Shown here in pieces: positions 1 to 9,246 of a DNA stretch of 64,000 bases. Location of the stretch: contig CAJXSZ010000010.1 of the NCBI GenBank assembly GCA_913060815.1, positions 34,033 through 98,032 of the forward strand, read 5' to 3'. Under the pieces are notes generated by a model. It made no database searches and had not been told where the DNA came from. It worked only from the letters and a program-made list of their open reading frames with translations. The DNA comes from an uncultured Sulfitobacter sp. (GTDB lineage Bacteria; Pseudomonadota; Alphaproteobacteria; Rhodobacterales; Rhodobacteraceae). The first letter of the stretch is position 1. Every line of letters begins with the position of its first letter. The position numbers and the translations under genes are program-made.

Positions 1-195
1 GGGGTTGCCACATCCGATGCAAAGATCTGCCACGGTGATCCTGCGGGAGATGTCCTTGATGCCGCAACCTCGGCGAATGCCGACCTGATCGTGACAGGCC
101 GCCGCGGTTTAGGTGATTTGGGAGCGCTGGTTTTGGGGAGTACGTCCCATCAGATCAGCAAGAACGCCAAATGTGCCTGCCTGACCGTACCGTAA
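1..195 (+). CDS. Universal stress protein, 3' part only (truncated by window start)
   Basis: Frame 1 reads ...HGDPAGDVLDAATSANADLIVTGRRGLGDLGALVLGSTSHQISKNAKCACLTVP*, the USP C-terminal G-x2-G-x9-GS motif. Confidence 0.9.
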   Translation, partial: GVATSDAKICHGDPAGDVLDAATSANADLIVTGRRGLGDLGALVLGSTSHQISKNAKCACLTVP

Positions 196-206
196 AGGAG
201 CTGGGG

Positions 207-533
207 TTAACCTGCGCGCTGGCTCTCGATGTAGGCGCGCATTTCTTCCGCCTCATGGCGCGCATCACGCAGCCCGTCCATCGCAGCGCGTAGCTCCGCC
301 TCGGTTTGCGACAGCTGGTTCGTCAGCTCTGCCTCGCGTTGCTGCAGGTAGGTGATTGCCTGATCCCGTGTCTCTTCTGCCTCGTGTAATTCTTGGCTCA
401 TGCGGTCCAATTGGGCCACGTCATCGGAGGCTACGCGGGTAAAACGGTGCAGCAGCCAATTGGCAAACCAGCCCATGCAAAACGCAACAAAAAGAATGAT
501 GGCAGTCGCAAGGACAAATTCAAATCGGCTCAT
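207..533 (-). CDS. Hypothetical protein: N-terminal TM helix plus coiled coil
   Basis: 108-aa ORF; ATGA overlap with the stop of the OmpA-family gene; hydrophobic N-terminus then heptad-rich region. Confidence 0.8.
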   Translation of the reverse strand: MSRFEFVLATAIILFVAFCMGWFANWLLHRFTRVASDDVAQLDRMSQELHEAEETRDQAITYLQQREAELTNQLSQTEAELRAAMDGLRDARHEAEEMRAYIESQRAG

Positions 534-2428
534 TCTGTAACGCTTTCTTCGGTCGGTGCATCGGTGTCTGTATCACCGCTTTGTGCAGCATTTTCCAGTG
601 TTGTTTCGTCAGGAGTCGCGACGGTCTCAGGACGGATCAGGCGGAATTCGATGCGGCGGTTGGCTTCGCGGCCTGCTTCGGTGTCGTTGTCTGCGACGGG
701 GCTTTCTTCGCCGTAGCCTACGGCCTTAAAGGTGCTGGTCACCACGCGGCGTGCGCGCAACTCATTCAAAACTGATTCCGCACGGCTCTGACTCAGAGCG
801 AGGTTCATTTCCTCACGGCCCTGACTATCGGTATACCCCTGAATTTCGAGCTGTAGTTCGCCGCAGCGGGTCAGAACTTGGGCGATGTCATCCATGGTTC
901 CGAGGGCGGAAGCATCGATCGTAGCTGAGCCAGGCTCAAAGTTGATTTTACCCGCCGCAACAATTGCGCCGATCTCTGCTTCGCACTCATCAGGTGTCGG
1001 AAGGCCCAGCACGGGGTCAAGTTTCTCTTGATAGGTCACGTTGACGTCAAACGCCGCACCTTCGCCCAGCTTCCCCGCAAGCAGTGCTGCGATCTCTGTA
1101 GAGGCGTCGGGATTGCCGGTATTTCCCGTCAGAAGCAAAGTCTCGGGTGAGACGCTCACGGCTCCGTTGCTCAGCTGGCCCAAGGCTTCGAGTCCTGCAA
1201 GAACGCGGGTCGCCCAATCGGGAGGCAGATCGTCCACGATGCGGGTTGCCGTGTAGACACGGTCAGAGCCGAACCGCGCTTTTGCAAAGCTTGTGGTCAG
1301 TTCGCGCAGGGCGTCGTCATTCACGCGGCCGCGCAGTTGCACCTGACCCTCGGGGCTCAGGGTGGCGGTGAATTCGGGGGGGCCCTCTTCGGCATCCTGT
1401 GGCTTTGGCAGCTTTGCGTTAAGCGCGAAGACCTCTGGTAGTTCATTTTCCAGCTCGCCAATGATGCGGTCAAAATCTGATTGGCTTGTTTGCTCGGATG
1501 CCACCAGTGTGATGTCGGCATCTGCAATCGTCACCGATCCTTTGCCAAGCGCGCCGAGTGCTTCGATAGAGGCTGTCACCGCATCACCCCAACGTTGGCT
1601 GGGAACCCCAAGGCCGACCGTGCAGCGCGGATCAACCGCACCTGCGGCTTCTGCCGCGCCCACGATTCGGGCCAGTGTGGCTTCAGTATCCGCTGAACAC
1701 GCATCAAAGCTTGCGCCCTCATCCGTGATCTGGAACCGCATTGTGAAGGGCGTGATAACAGGGCGCGGTGCCGCGATGTCGAGGTCAAGCGCGATCCCGC
1801 TCGGCACCATACGCTGTAGGTCTTGCTCCAGGCGTGTCTTCTCTGACGCGCTGTCTGTGATAGCTGTGATGGCTACGCGGTCGGCATCTACAGATACTTT
1901 GGCGCGGGGCAGACTGCTCATGGCGGATAGGGCGAATTCCATAGCGCGCTGCCAACCTTCGGGCGCGGGATAATCTGCGGTCTCCAGCAGGTCGGTCACC
2001 TCGGTAGATCCCGCCAATGTGGTGAAACGCGCGGTGACATAATCGCGGTCCGTGCTGGTCGGTATGAGGCCGATGACCGACAGGCCGCTATCATTGCGTA
2101 AAATCTCTATCGAGAATTTTGGCGGGGCCAGAGCCTCCTGCGCGGCAACGCCCATGTCATCGATTACGCGCGCTGCATCGACGACCGATCCTGCGGTGGT
2201 CAATGCGGAAAAGCGCACTGCCTCGGTCGGGGCGATACCAGAGAGAGATACCTGTAGACCGTTCGCTTCGACTTCGGCCCATGTCATGCCTTTGTCATCC
2301 AAGGCGTCGCGCACGCCAATCTCAGATGAGTCTTCGATCAAACTAACTGAAAAGCTGGCCGCAACCAGCGAGATCACGGCCGCGGCTGCAAATGTCAGCA
2401 CAATTGTGAGCATGGAAGAGAGGCGCAT
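530..2428 (-). CDS. OmpA-family protein with BON-like repeats and C-terminal peptidoglycan-binding domain
   Basis: N-terminal TM; C-terminal IQGYTDSQG...LSQSRAESV...GYGEESPVADN...NRRIEF OmpA motifs. ATG at 2428 preferred over GTG at 2434. Confidence 0.9.
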   Translation of the reverse strand: MRLSSMLTIVLTFAAAAVISLVAASFSVSLIEDSSEIGVRDALDDKGMTWAEVEANGLQVSLSGIAPTEAVRFSALTTAGSVVDAARVIDDMGVAAQEALAPPKFSIEILRNDSGLSVIGLIPTSTDRDYVTARFTTLAGSTEVTDLLETADYPAPEGWQRAMEFALSAMSSLPRAKVSVDADRVAITAITDSASEKTRLEQDLQRMVPSGIALDLDIAAPRPVITPFTMRFQITDEGASFDACSADTEATLARIVGAAEAAGAVDPRCTVGLGVPSQRWGDAVTASIEALGALGKGSVTIADADITLVASEQTSQSDFDRIIGELENELPEVFALNAKLPKPQDAEEGPPEFTATLSPEGQVQLRGRVNDDALRELTTSFAKARFGSDRVYTATRIVDDLPPDWATRVLAGLEALGQLSNGAVSVSPETLLLTGNTGNPDASTEIAALLAGKLGEGAAFDVNVTYQEKLDPVLGLPTPDECEAEIGAIVAAGKINFEPGSATIDASALGTMDDIAQVLTRCGELQLEIQGYTDSQGREEMNLALSQSRAESVLNELRARRVVTSTFKAVGYGEESPVADNDTEAGREANRRIEFRLIRPETVATPDETTLENAAQSGDTDTDAPTEESVTE

Positions 2429-2491
2429 AGGCACTTTCGAAACAGATTAAGCTTTGGGCATAGACATACGCCGCTGCGGACGGGGGCGCAA

Positions 2492-3466
2492 TCAAAGGAG
2501 CAGAGCAATCGCGAAAAACAACAGCGGGATTATGCCAGTATCTCGGTTGACGCGAAACAGTTGCAGCATTTTACAGGAATCATCGATGTCCAGCCCGCGC
2601 AATTGCCATGCCATGTGCCATCCCATTGCCCAAGGTCCGGCAATAGCTACGGCAAGGGCCAGCACGGAAGCATTTGGCAGTGCTGCAAAAACCACCGCAA
2701 TGCCCATCAATCCGACAGTGCCCATCAAGAAGCGGCGCAGCCACTGCGGGGTGTTCTGTCCGAAAAGGCGCGCAGTGGATTTTACCCCGATCAGGGCGTC
2801 ATCTTCGGTGTCCTGATGGGCATAGATGGTATCGTAAAACAGGGTCCATGCGATGCCTGCGAGATAAAGGACAACGGCAGGCGCATCGAGCCTCCCTGTG
2901 TGCGCTGTCCAAGCCAAAAGTGCGCCCCAGTTGAAAGCCAGTCCAAGAAAGACCTGCGGCCACCATGTGAATCGCTTTGCAAACGGATAGATCGCAACAG
3001 GAAGCAGGGCTAGGACACCCAAACGGATCGCCGCGCCGTTAAAGGTAAGCAGGATCAAAAACGCGATAAGCGCCTGAACCACCATCCAGATCACGGCACC
3101 TTTTACACTTACCTGACCCGACGGGATGGGTCGCGAGCGGGTGCGCGCCACCTGTGCGTCAATGTCGCGGTCGGTGATGTCGTTCCATGTACATCCCGCG
3201 CCGCGCATCAAAAATGCACCAATCGCACAGCCCAAGAAGATCCACAGATCATGCCATGAGGCTTGGCCGTCATAAAGCATCGCCAGCGACAAACCCCACC
3301 AGCACGGGATCAGCAAAAGCCATGTGCCAATCGGCCTGTCTGCACGGCTCAGGCGCAAATAGGGGCGTGTTGCGGCGGGGGCGTAGGTGTCGACCCAATT
3401 GCGCTCAACCGCATCAGCTACTGTGCCGTTGTCGCTCTGCTCTGGTGGTGGGGCGTTGTCTTGCAT
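2492..3466 (-). CDS. ubiA: 4-hydroxybenzoate octaprenyltransferase
   Basis: RADRPIGTWLL, NDITDRDIDAQVARTRSRPIPSG and YDTIYAHQDTEDD motifs. Start reassigned to ATG 3466 (GAGGA upstream). Confidence 0.95.
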   Translation of the reverse strand: MQDNAPPPEQSDNGTVADAVERNWVDTYAPAATRPYLRLSRADRPIGTWLLLIPCWWGLSLAMLYDGQASWHDLWIFLGCAIGAFLMRGAGCTWNDITDRDIDAQVARTRSRPIPSGQVSVKGAVIWMVVQALIAFLILLTFNGAAIRLGVLALLPVAIYPFAKRFTWWPQVFLGLAFNWGALLAWTAHTGRLDAPAVVLYLAGIAWTLFYDTIYAHQDTEDDALIGVKSTARLFGQNTPQWLRRFLMGTVGLMGIAVVFAALPNASVLALAVAIAGPWAMGWHMAWQLRGLDIDDSCKMLQLFRVNRDTGIIPLLFFAIALLL

Positions 3467-3478
3467 ATATCCATCCTC

Positions 3479-4201
3479 ATGGACGCGAAAATAAGATTGT
3501 ATGTAGAGCACCCTCTGGGGGAGGGGCAATCGGTTCCTTTGGACCGCCCGCAGGCGCATTACCTGTTCGGGGTGATGCGGCAGGCAGCGGGCGCGCATGT
3601 GCTGTTGTTCAACGGCCAAGACGGTGAATGGCTGGCGCAGGTGGTCGAGGCGGGCAAGCGCGGAGGGGTGCTGGCCTGTGTATCGCAGACCAAACCCCTG
3701 CAAATGCCGCCAGATGTCTGGCTTTGCTTTGCGCCGATCAAAAAGACGCGCACCGATTTTATCGTTGAGAAAGCGACCGAAATGGGAGCCGCCCGCATTG
3801 TGCCAATGCAAACCGAGTTCACGAACTCGGGCCGCATCCAGCGCGACCGCCTGCAAGCCCACGCCGTCGAGGCAGCCGAGCAATGCGGCGGCACCTATGT
3901 CCCTGAAGTAGGTGAATTGATTCGTTTTGACCGCTTGATGGACGGCTGGGGCGACGCGCGCCAAATCATGTTCTGCGATGAAGAATTGACAACGTCTCTC
4001 ACCTCTCGCCTGAGGGGCGAAGCAGGGCCGTGGGCGATCTTCATCGGACCGGAGGGCGGTTTTTCCGAACGCGAACGCGCCCGCTTGCGCGGAATGGAGG
4101 CGGCAGTGTCTGTTTCGCTTGGTCCGCGCATTCTGCGTGCCGATACAGCGGCAGTTGCAGCCATGACGCTCTGGCAGCAATCGCTCGGGGATTGGCAGTG
4201 A
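3479..4201 (+). CDS. rsmE: 16S rRNA m3U1498 methyltransferase
   Basis: EKATEMG, IGPEGGFS and LGPRILRADTA SPOUT motifs; start MDAKIRLYV. Confidence 0.95.
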   Translation: MDAKIRLYVEHPLGEGQSVPLDRPQAHYLFGVMRQAAGAHVLLFNGQDGEWLAQVVEAGKRGGVLACVSQTKPLQMPPDVWLCFAPIKKTRTDFIVEKATEMGAARIVPMQTEFTNSGRIQRDRLQAHAVEAAEQCGGTYVPEVGELIRFDRLMDGWGDARQIMFCDEELTTSLTSRLRGEAGPWAIFIGPEGGFSERERARLRGMEAAVSVSLGPRILRADTAAVAAMTLWQQSLGDWQ

Positions 4202-5058
4202 CCGTGCTGCGCCGCGCCGCGCAAAAAGACAGCGCCGCAGTGGAGGCATTTCTCGCCCAGCATCCTGAAACGTCGATGTTCCTGCGTGGCAATCTGGCGG
4301 CCCATGGTCTGGAGAATAGCGAACATCGACACGCTACGACCTATTGGCTTGAGGAGCGGGACGAAATCACCGGAATCATCGGCTGTACCAATGGTGGTTA
4401 CCTGATGTGTCAGGCCCCAACGGCTGCCCCGTCTTTCTGGGATGCGGCGGCTCAGGTGTTGTCCGGTCGCACGATTAACGGGCTCACGGGCGTGCCTGAA
4501 CAGGTCAACGCATGGATCGGCGCATTGTCCCTGAAAGCTGATGCTTTTTCGATCAAGGTGACTGAGCCGCTTTATCGTCTGCAACTCGACGCTTTGAGGG
4601 CGCCTGACATGGGAGATCTGGCACTTCGTAGGCCTCGCGCAGATGACGCGGCACTGCTGATGCAGTGGTTTGACGGCTATGCGCAGGACACAGGGATGGC
4701 CCCGACGGATGGACCGTCAGGCAAGGATGCCGCGGCAGTGTTCATTGCACATGATGCTGCACGCGTATTGGAGCGGCGTGGTACGCCAGTCGCCATGACC
4801 TCTCTCAATGCGCAGGTCGCAGACACGGTACAGGTCGGCGGTGTATATGTGCCCCCCGCGATGCGCGGACAGGGGCTGGGCGGCGCGGTTGTGGCGGCGC
4901 AATTGTCCGAATTGCGCGCGTGTGGCAGGCGTCTGGCCATTCTCTTTGCGGCAAATCTGCCCGCTGCGCGCGCCTATGAGAGTATCGGTTTTCATCACGT
5001 AGGCAGCTACGAGGTTGCAATGCTCAACTCCCCTTACGCTATCCCGAGGCCCTGCTGA
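4198..5058 (+). CDS. GNAT family N-acetyltransferase
   Basis: QVGGVYVPPAMRGQGLG acetyl-CoA motif and N-x-x-A-x-x-x-YESIGF; GTGA overlap with rsmE. Confidence 0.85.
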   Translation: MTVLRRAAQKDSAAVEAFLAQHPETSMFLRGNLAAHGLENSEHRHATTYWLEERDEITGIIGCTNGGYLMCQAPTAAPSFWDAAAQVLSGRTINGLTGVPEQVNAWIGALSLKADAFSIKVTEPLYRLQLDALRAPDMGDLALRRPRADDAALLMQWFDGYAQDTGMAPTDGPSGKDAAAVFIAHDAARVLERRGTPVAMTSLNAQVADTVQVGGVYVPPAMRGQGLGGAVVAAQLSELRACGRRLAILFAANLPAARAYESIGFHHVGSYEVAMLNSPYAIPRPC

Positions 5059-5582
5059 TGTTTTTCCGACCCGAGGCAAAAGCAGCGCTGTGGCGCTGGC
5101 GCGAGGTTCTGAGTGCTGCTGGACTGGTCTTGCTGGGCGCATGGTGGATCACCGGGCCGGGTGGGCTTTTGGTCCTGCCTGGATGGGCCTTCGTGCTGGG
5201 CGGTATTGCGCTCGCTTTCATTGGAGTACAGCGGGTCCGGTTTCGCGGCGCGGGGGATGGCGCGGGTGCTGTTCAGGTTGTTGAGGGGCAAATCGGCTAT
5301 TTCGGCCCCGAAACAGGCGGGGTTGTGGCGCTCACAACGCTGAAGCGGCTGGTTCTCGATGCTACGCGAGAGCCTAAGCAATGGCGGCTGGAGGCGGCAG
5401 ACCAAGAGCCTGTTATAATCCCTGTGAACGCGGCAGGGGCAGAGGCGCTTTTTGATGCCTTTGCCACGCTTGAAGGTCTGCGCACCGAGCGGATGCTGAG
5501 CGCGCTGAACACGAAACACAGCCACGAGGTTGTGATTTGGGAACGCACCCCCTTGCGTCCCGCCCATGCCCTGCTGCATTGA
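5058..5582 (+). CDS. Conserved hypothetical membrane protein (2 TM plus small beta-rich domain)
   Basis: 174-aa ORF, TGATG overlap with the GNAT gene; two hydrophobic helices. Confidence 0.8.
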   Translation: MFFRPEAKAALWRWREVLSAAGLVLLGAWWITGPGGLLVLPGWAFVLGGIALAFIGVQRVRFRGAGDGAGAVQVVEGQIGYFGPETGGVVALTTLKRLVLDATREPKQWRLEAADQEPVIIPVNAAGAEALFDAFATLEGLRTERMLSALNTKHSHEVVIWERTPLRPAHALLH

Positions 5583-5638
5583 CGACAGATAGAATCTCCG
5601 CAAGGCTGTGGAGCGACAACCCAAGCGGAGTGCCAAGC

Positions 5639-7009
5639 ATGTCTATCCCACAATCCGGCGGCGGGCCGATCGAACATATTGATCAATTGGCTGAGTACCT
5701 TGCAGAAGGTTGTAAGCCGCGCGATCAGTGGCGCATCGGCACCGAGCATGAGAAATTCGGGTATTGTAAAGATACGCACAAACCGCTGCCTTATGAGGGA
5801 GATCGCGGAATCCGTGTGATGCTCGAGGGCTTGCGTGACCGCCATAACTGGGCGCCCGTAGAAGAGGGTGGCAAGCTCATCGGGCTTGAGAAAGACGGGG
5901 CCAATGTCTCGCTCGAGCCGGGCGGGCAGTTGGAGTTGTCGGGCGCGCCTGTCGAGACGATCCACGAGACCTGTGACGAGGTGAATGTGCACCTGCGCGA
6001 GGTCAAGGATGTGGCAGACGAAATCGGCGCGGGTTTTATCGGTTTGGGCGCGGCACCCGAGTGGACCCATGAGCAGATGGATCTGATGCCCAAGGGCCGC
6101 TACAAACTGATGAACGAATATATGACAAAGGTCGGTACTATGGGCCGCGCGATGATGCGGCGGACCTGTACCGTTCAGGTCAACCTCGACTTCGGCTCCG
6201 AGGCGGACATGGCGCAGAAAATGCGCGTGGCAGTGGCTTTGCAGCCCGTCGCCACAGCGCTCTTTGCCAACTCGCCTTTTTTCGAGGGCAAGGTGAACGG
6301 CCACAAATCTTGGCGTAGCCGTGTTTGGCGTGATCTGGACCCTGCGCGCACGGGGATGATTCCTTTTGTGTTCGACGAGGGCTTCGGGTTCGAGGCATGG
6401 GTGCAATACGCGCTCGATGTGCCGATGTATTTCGTCTACCGCGATGGCAAGTACATCGATGCGCTGGGTATGTCGTTCCGCGACTTTATGGCAGGCAAAT
6501 TGCCTGCACTGCCTGGTGAGACACCTACGCTCAGCGATTGGGCCGATCACCTCACCACCGCTTTCCCTGAGGCGCGGACAAAGCAATTCATCGAGATGCG
6601 CGGTGCCGATGGTGGCCCGTGGCGCCGCCTGTGCGCGTTGCCTGCCTTCTGGGTCGGGCTGATGTATGACCAGACGTCCTTGGACGGTGCATGGGGTATG
6701 GTCAAAGGCTGGGATGCCGAGACGCGGGAAGCCTTGCGTGTCGCGGCTTCGGTCGACGGTTTGCAGGCGCAGGTAGGGAATATCAAAATGCACGATCTGG
6801 CCCGCGAAGCGGTCGCCCTTTCCGACGCTGGACTCAAAGCCCGCGCGCGGAGCGGTGCAGGTGGGCTTGTTCCCGACGAGACGCACTTTCTCAATGCTCT
6901 CAAAGAAAGCATCGAGACAGGAAAGACGCCCGCGGATGAGCTTCTTGACTGCTACAACGGTGAGTGGGCAGGCGACCTGAGCCGGATATACGCCGAGTAT
7001 TCCTACTAA
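5639..7009 (+). CDS. gshA: Glutamate-cysteine ligase (alphaproteobacterial/plant type)
   Basis: IGTEHEKF, SLEPGGQLELSG, TCTVQVNLD and EMRGADGGPW motifs. Confidence 0.96.
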   Translation: MSIPQSGGGPIEHIDQLAEYLAEGCKPRDQWRIGTEHEKFGYCKDTHKPLPYEGDRGIRVMLEGLRDRHNWAPVEEGGKLIGLEKDGANVSLEPGGQLELSGAPVETIHETCDEVNVHLREVKDVADEIGAGFIGLGAAPEWTHEQMDLMPKGRYKLMNEYMTKVGTMGRAMMRRTCTVQVNLDFGSEADMAQKMRVAVALQPVATALFANSPFFEGKVNGHKSWRSRVWRDLDPARTGMIPFVFDEGFGFEAWVQYALDVPMYFVYRDGKYIDALGMSFRDFMAGKLPALPGETPTLSDWADHLTTAFPEARTKQFIEMRGADGGPWRRLCALPAFWVGLMYDQTSLDGAWGMVKGWDAETREALRVAASVDGLQAQVGNIKMHDLAREAVALSDAGLKARARSGAGGLVPDETHFLNALKESIETGKTPADELLDCYNGEWAGDLSRIYAEYSY

Positions 7010-7016
7010 AAGCGCG

Positions 7017-7592
7017 TCACGCGGAAGGCGCTGATTTCAGAACGCGTGTGCGGTAATAATCCGCCATCTCAGCTTTGCGTGCTTCCTGCATTTCGGGTGA
7101 GGGTTTCTTGTCGGTGTCAAACAACAGAGCGTAGCCCTGCATGGCGCGTTTATGTGCATCTTCAGTGACGGGTTTGCCTTTGTGGGCTGCTACCGTGCCA
7201 GATGCGCGGCTGCCATGTGCTGTTGTGCTTTTTGCGCTGGGCAGGACGTGCATGACCAAAAGGACCAGCGCACCTAGGGGAATGAAATACGCAAGGGTCC
7301 ATAGGCCTGAGTATCCCGCGTCGTGCAAACGGCGCACCGTCACGCTCAGGAACGGCAGCGCAAGCGCGAGATAGGCATAAAGGGAAGTCATCTTTAGAGC
7401 AGTTTCAGGGACGAGTGCCTGTTCTCCGTTTTCTTGCACGAGGGCCACAATCGTGAAGGTGTCGATCGCTGCACAAACCAGACATATCACGGTGTAGAAA
7501 AGCAGGTACCACCAGTATTCGCTGCGGCTGGCGCGGCCCGAATAGGTGAATGTCTTGGCAAATACTGTGCTAATCGCTGTTGCGGGTCCCAT
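7017..7592 (-). CDS. DUF805 domain membrane protein
   Basis: FTYSGRASRSEYWW and VTVRRLHDAGYSG motifs; start ATG 7592. Confidence 0.9.
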   Translation of the reverse strand: MGPATAISTVFAKTFTYSGRASRSEYWWYLLFYTVICLVCAAIDTFTIVALVQENGEQALVPETALKMTSLYAYLALALPFLSVTVRRLHDAGYSGLWTLAYFIPLGALVLLVMHVLPSAKSTTAHGSRASGTVAAHKGKPVTEDAHKRAMQGYALLFDTDKKPSPEMQEARKAEMADYYRTRVLKSAPSA

Positions 7593-7616
7593 GTCGGTCC
7601 TATCCTCTAACGCTCT

Positions 7617-7644
7617 ATGGTAGAATGGCAGCGAGGTGCGGCAA
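7617..7644 (-). promoter_or_regulatory. Candidate sigma70 promoter of the DUF805 gene
   Basis: Minus strand TTGCCG-N16-TACCAT, 24 nt upstream of the ATG. Confidence 0.4.
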
Positions 7645-7743
7645 AAACAGGGGCTGAATATGGCAAATGAGAGGCTGGAACGAGAAAGAGAGCCCACACT
7701 CTGCAGGCTCTCTCAAGAGGGTAAATTGCACTGACGTGCTGAC

Positions 7744-8076
7744 TTAAGCTTTGGCGGCGGCGTCCTGCATCAGGGCGCGCAGGGTGCCGACGGCTTGGGT
7801 AAAGCCAAGGCCGAGGCAGAGGGCAGCGAACCCGAGTGCACCAAGGAATCCTGCAAGAGGTGCTTCTGCGAGGAGTGGCAGTGCCGCACCGATCAGGATT
7901 ACGCCTCCTGCGCCAATGGCGCTAAATCCGGTCGCGATGGTGACGGAAGCTGCGCGAGCGGTGGCACGGCTTTGCGGACAATCGCCGAGCAGCGCGCCGA
8001 TGCGCAGGATCATGGTTGCGAGGGCGGCCAGCGCGCCAAAGCCCAGAGCGATATACAGAGTTGCAAGTACATACAT
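7744..8076 (-). CDS. Hypothetical small membrane protein (about 3 TM)
   Basis: 110-aa hydrophobic ORF with AAAGGA upstream. Confidence 0.75.
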   Translation of the reverse strand: MYVLATLYIALGFGALAALATMILRIGALLGDCPQSRATARAASVTIATGFSAIGAGGVILIGAALPLLAEAPLAGFLGALGFAALCLGLGFTQAVGTLRALMQDAAAKA

Positions 8077-8105
8077 GAGAGTGGTCCTTTCAGGATCAGT
8101 TGGGG

Positions 8106-8573
8106 TTAAAAACTGCGGGGTTTGGCAAAGAAATCACGGCGCATGAAGCGGTACAGCTTGCCGAAAGCGTAAGCCCATGCGGGGCCGAAGATCATTCCAA
8201 AGCCGCAAAGAAACAGGGTGCCGCCATAGATGTCGTCGCTGCCGGTTACAGCGCCAAGAGCGAGGCCCAGCAAAAGGCCGACGGCGATGACCTTGACCGC
8301 AAGCCAGCTGAGATCGACGGGGTCGCCGTCGTTATGCCGCAGATACCAGAGTAGCAGCGGGGTTCCGACGACAAGATAAACAGGACCACCAAAAAATATC
8401 GCTGCGACGGGAATGAAGAATACCCAGAAGGTCAGCAGGGCGACCAGCAGGGGTGCAAGGATCAAAGCGGCGAAGAAAACCACGGGATCAATGATATATC
8501 GTGGCGGATAGGGCGGCGCGCAGGGTGGCATCAGCACGGCGGCGAGGGCGGGGTTCTGTGGGTTCAAAAGCAT
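8106..8573 (-). CDS. Hypothetical membrane protein (about 4 TM)
   Basis: Hydrophobic ORF downstream of the GbsR-like gene; start uncertain, ATG 8573 chosen. Confidence 0.7.
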   Translation of the reverse strand: MLLNPQNPALAAVLMPPCAPPYPPRYIIDPVVFFAALILAPLLVALLTFWVFFIPVAAIFFGGPVYLVVGTPLLLWYLRHNDGDPVDLSWLAVKVIAVGLLLGLALGAVTGSDDIYGGTLFLCGFGMIFGPAWAYAFGKLYRFMRRDFFAKPRSF

Positions 8574-8589
8574 TCTGTAATTTCCATCT

Positions 8590-8607
8590 TTTCTGTCGTG
8601 AGAGAAA
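8590..8607. promoter_or_regulatory. Second copy of the putative GbsR-type operator
   Basis: TTTCTGT-N4-AGAGAAA, 13 of 14 core bases match the palindrome at 9178-9195. Confidence 0.45.
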
Positions 8608-8623
8608 TATTTGGGCAAAATGA

Positions 8624-9157
8624 TTAGCCGTCTTTGCCCTTCGGAAGAAAGCGGGCGATACGGCCGCCCAGTTTGATTGCAGCCATCTGGACCGAGCGGG
8701 GCAGGCGCGAGACATCGCGATACCAGCCGTCAAACATCTGCATCGTCTCGAGCGTCTCTTTGATCCGCGCTTTTACAGCAGGCGGGGTGGCATCCTCTTC
8801 GGCCTCGCGCTGGACGTCCTCGAGGGCGCGAAGCGTGGGCAGATATTCACGCTCACGGCGGCTTTCGATCACGGTGGTGACCAGATCGAACATGTCGCGA
8901 ATGGATGTGAAGTGATCGCGGCGATCGCCCAGCTTGCGCTGTGATTTCACCATGCCAAGGCTTTGCAGCTCCCTGATGCCGTTGGACACGTTCGACCGCG
9001 CCAGCCCGAGCAAATCACAGATTTCATCGGCGCTCAGCGGATCAGGTGCGATGTGCAACAGCGCATGGATCTGGGCGACCGAACGGTTGGTGCCCCATTT
9101 GGCACCCATGTCCCCCCAGTGGAGGATAAAGTTCTGCATGGCGGGTGTCAGATGCAT
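8624..9157 (-). CDS. GbsR/MarR family transcriptional regulator
   Basis: FILHWGDMGAKWGTNRSVAQIHALL...ARSNVSNGIRELQ winged-helix signature. Confidence 0.9.
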   Translation of the reverse strand: MHLTPAMQNFILHWGDMGAKWGTNRSVAQIHALLHIAPDPLSADEICDLLGLARSNVSNGIRELQSLGMVKSQRKLGDRRDHFTSIRDMFDLVTTVIESRREREYLPTLRALEDVQREAEEDATPPAVKARIKETLETMQMFDGWYRDVSRLPRSVQMAAIKLGGRIARFLPKGKDG

Positions 9158-9164
9158 TGCGACG

Positions 9165-9209
9165 ACTCATTCTTTAATTTCTGTAAATACAGAAATAAAG
9201 GAAATGAGT
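9165..9209. promoter_or_regulatory. Inverted repeat, putative autoregulatory operator of the GbsR-like gene
   Basis: Perfect core ATTTCTGTA-AA-TACAGAAAT (9177-9196) inside an imperfect ~21-bp repeat starting 7 bp upstream of the ATG. Confidence 0.7.
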
Positions 9210-9246
9210 AGCAATGCAAGAAAATTCGGGAAATTGCGATGAGGGG

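Noticed and set aside
3467-4249. 261-codon upstream extension of the ubiA ORF (585 aa in the track)
   Set aside because: Antisense shadow of rsmE; UbiA homology begins at MQDNAPP and an RBS precedes ATG 3466.
5297-6886. 529-aa antisense ORF over gshA
   Set aside because: No motifs; typical stop-poor antisense frame of a GC-rich, codon-biased gene.
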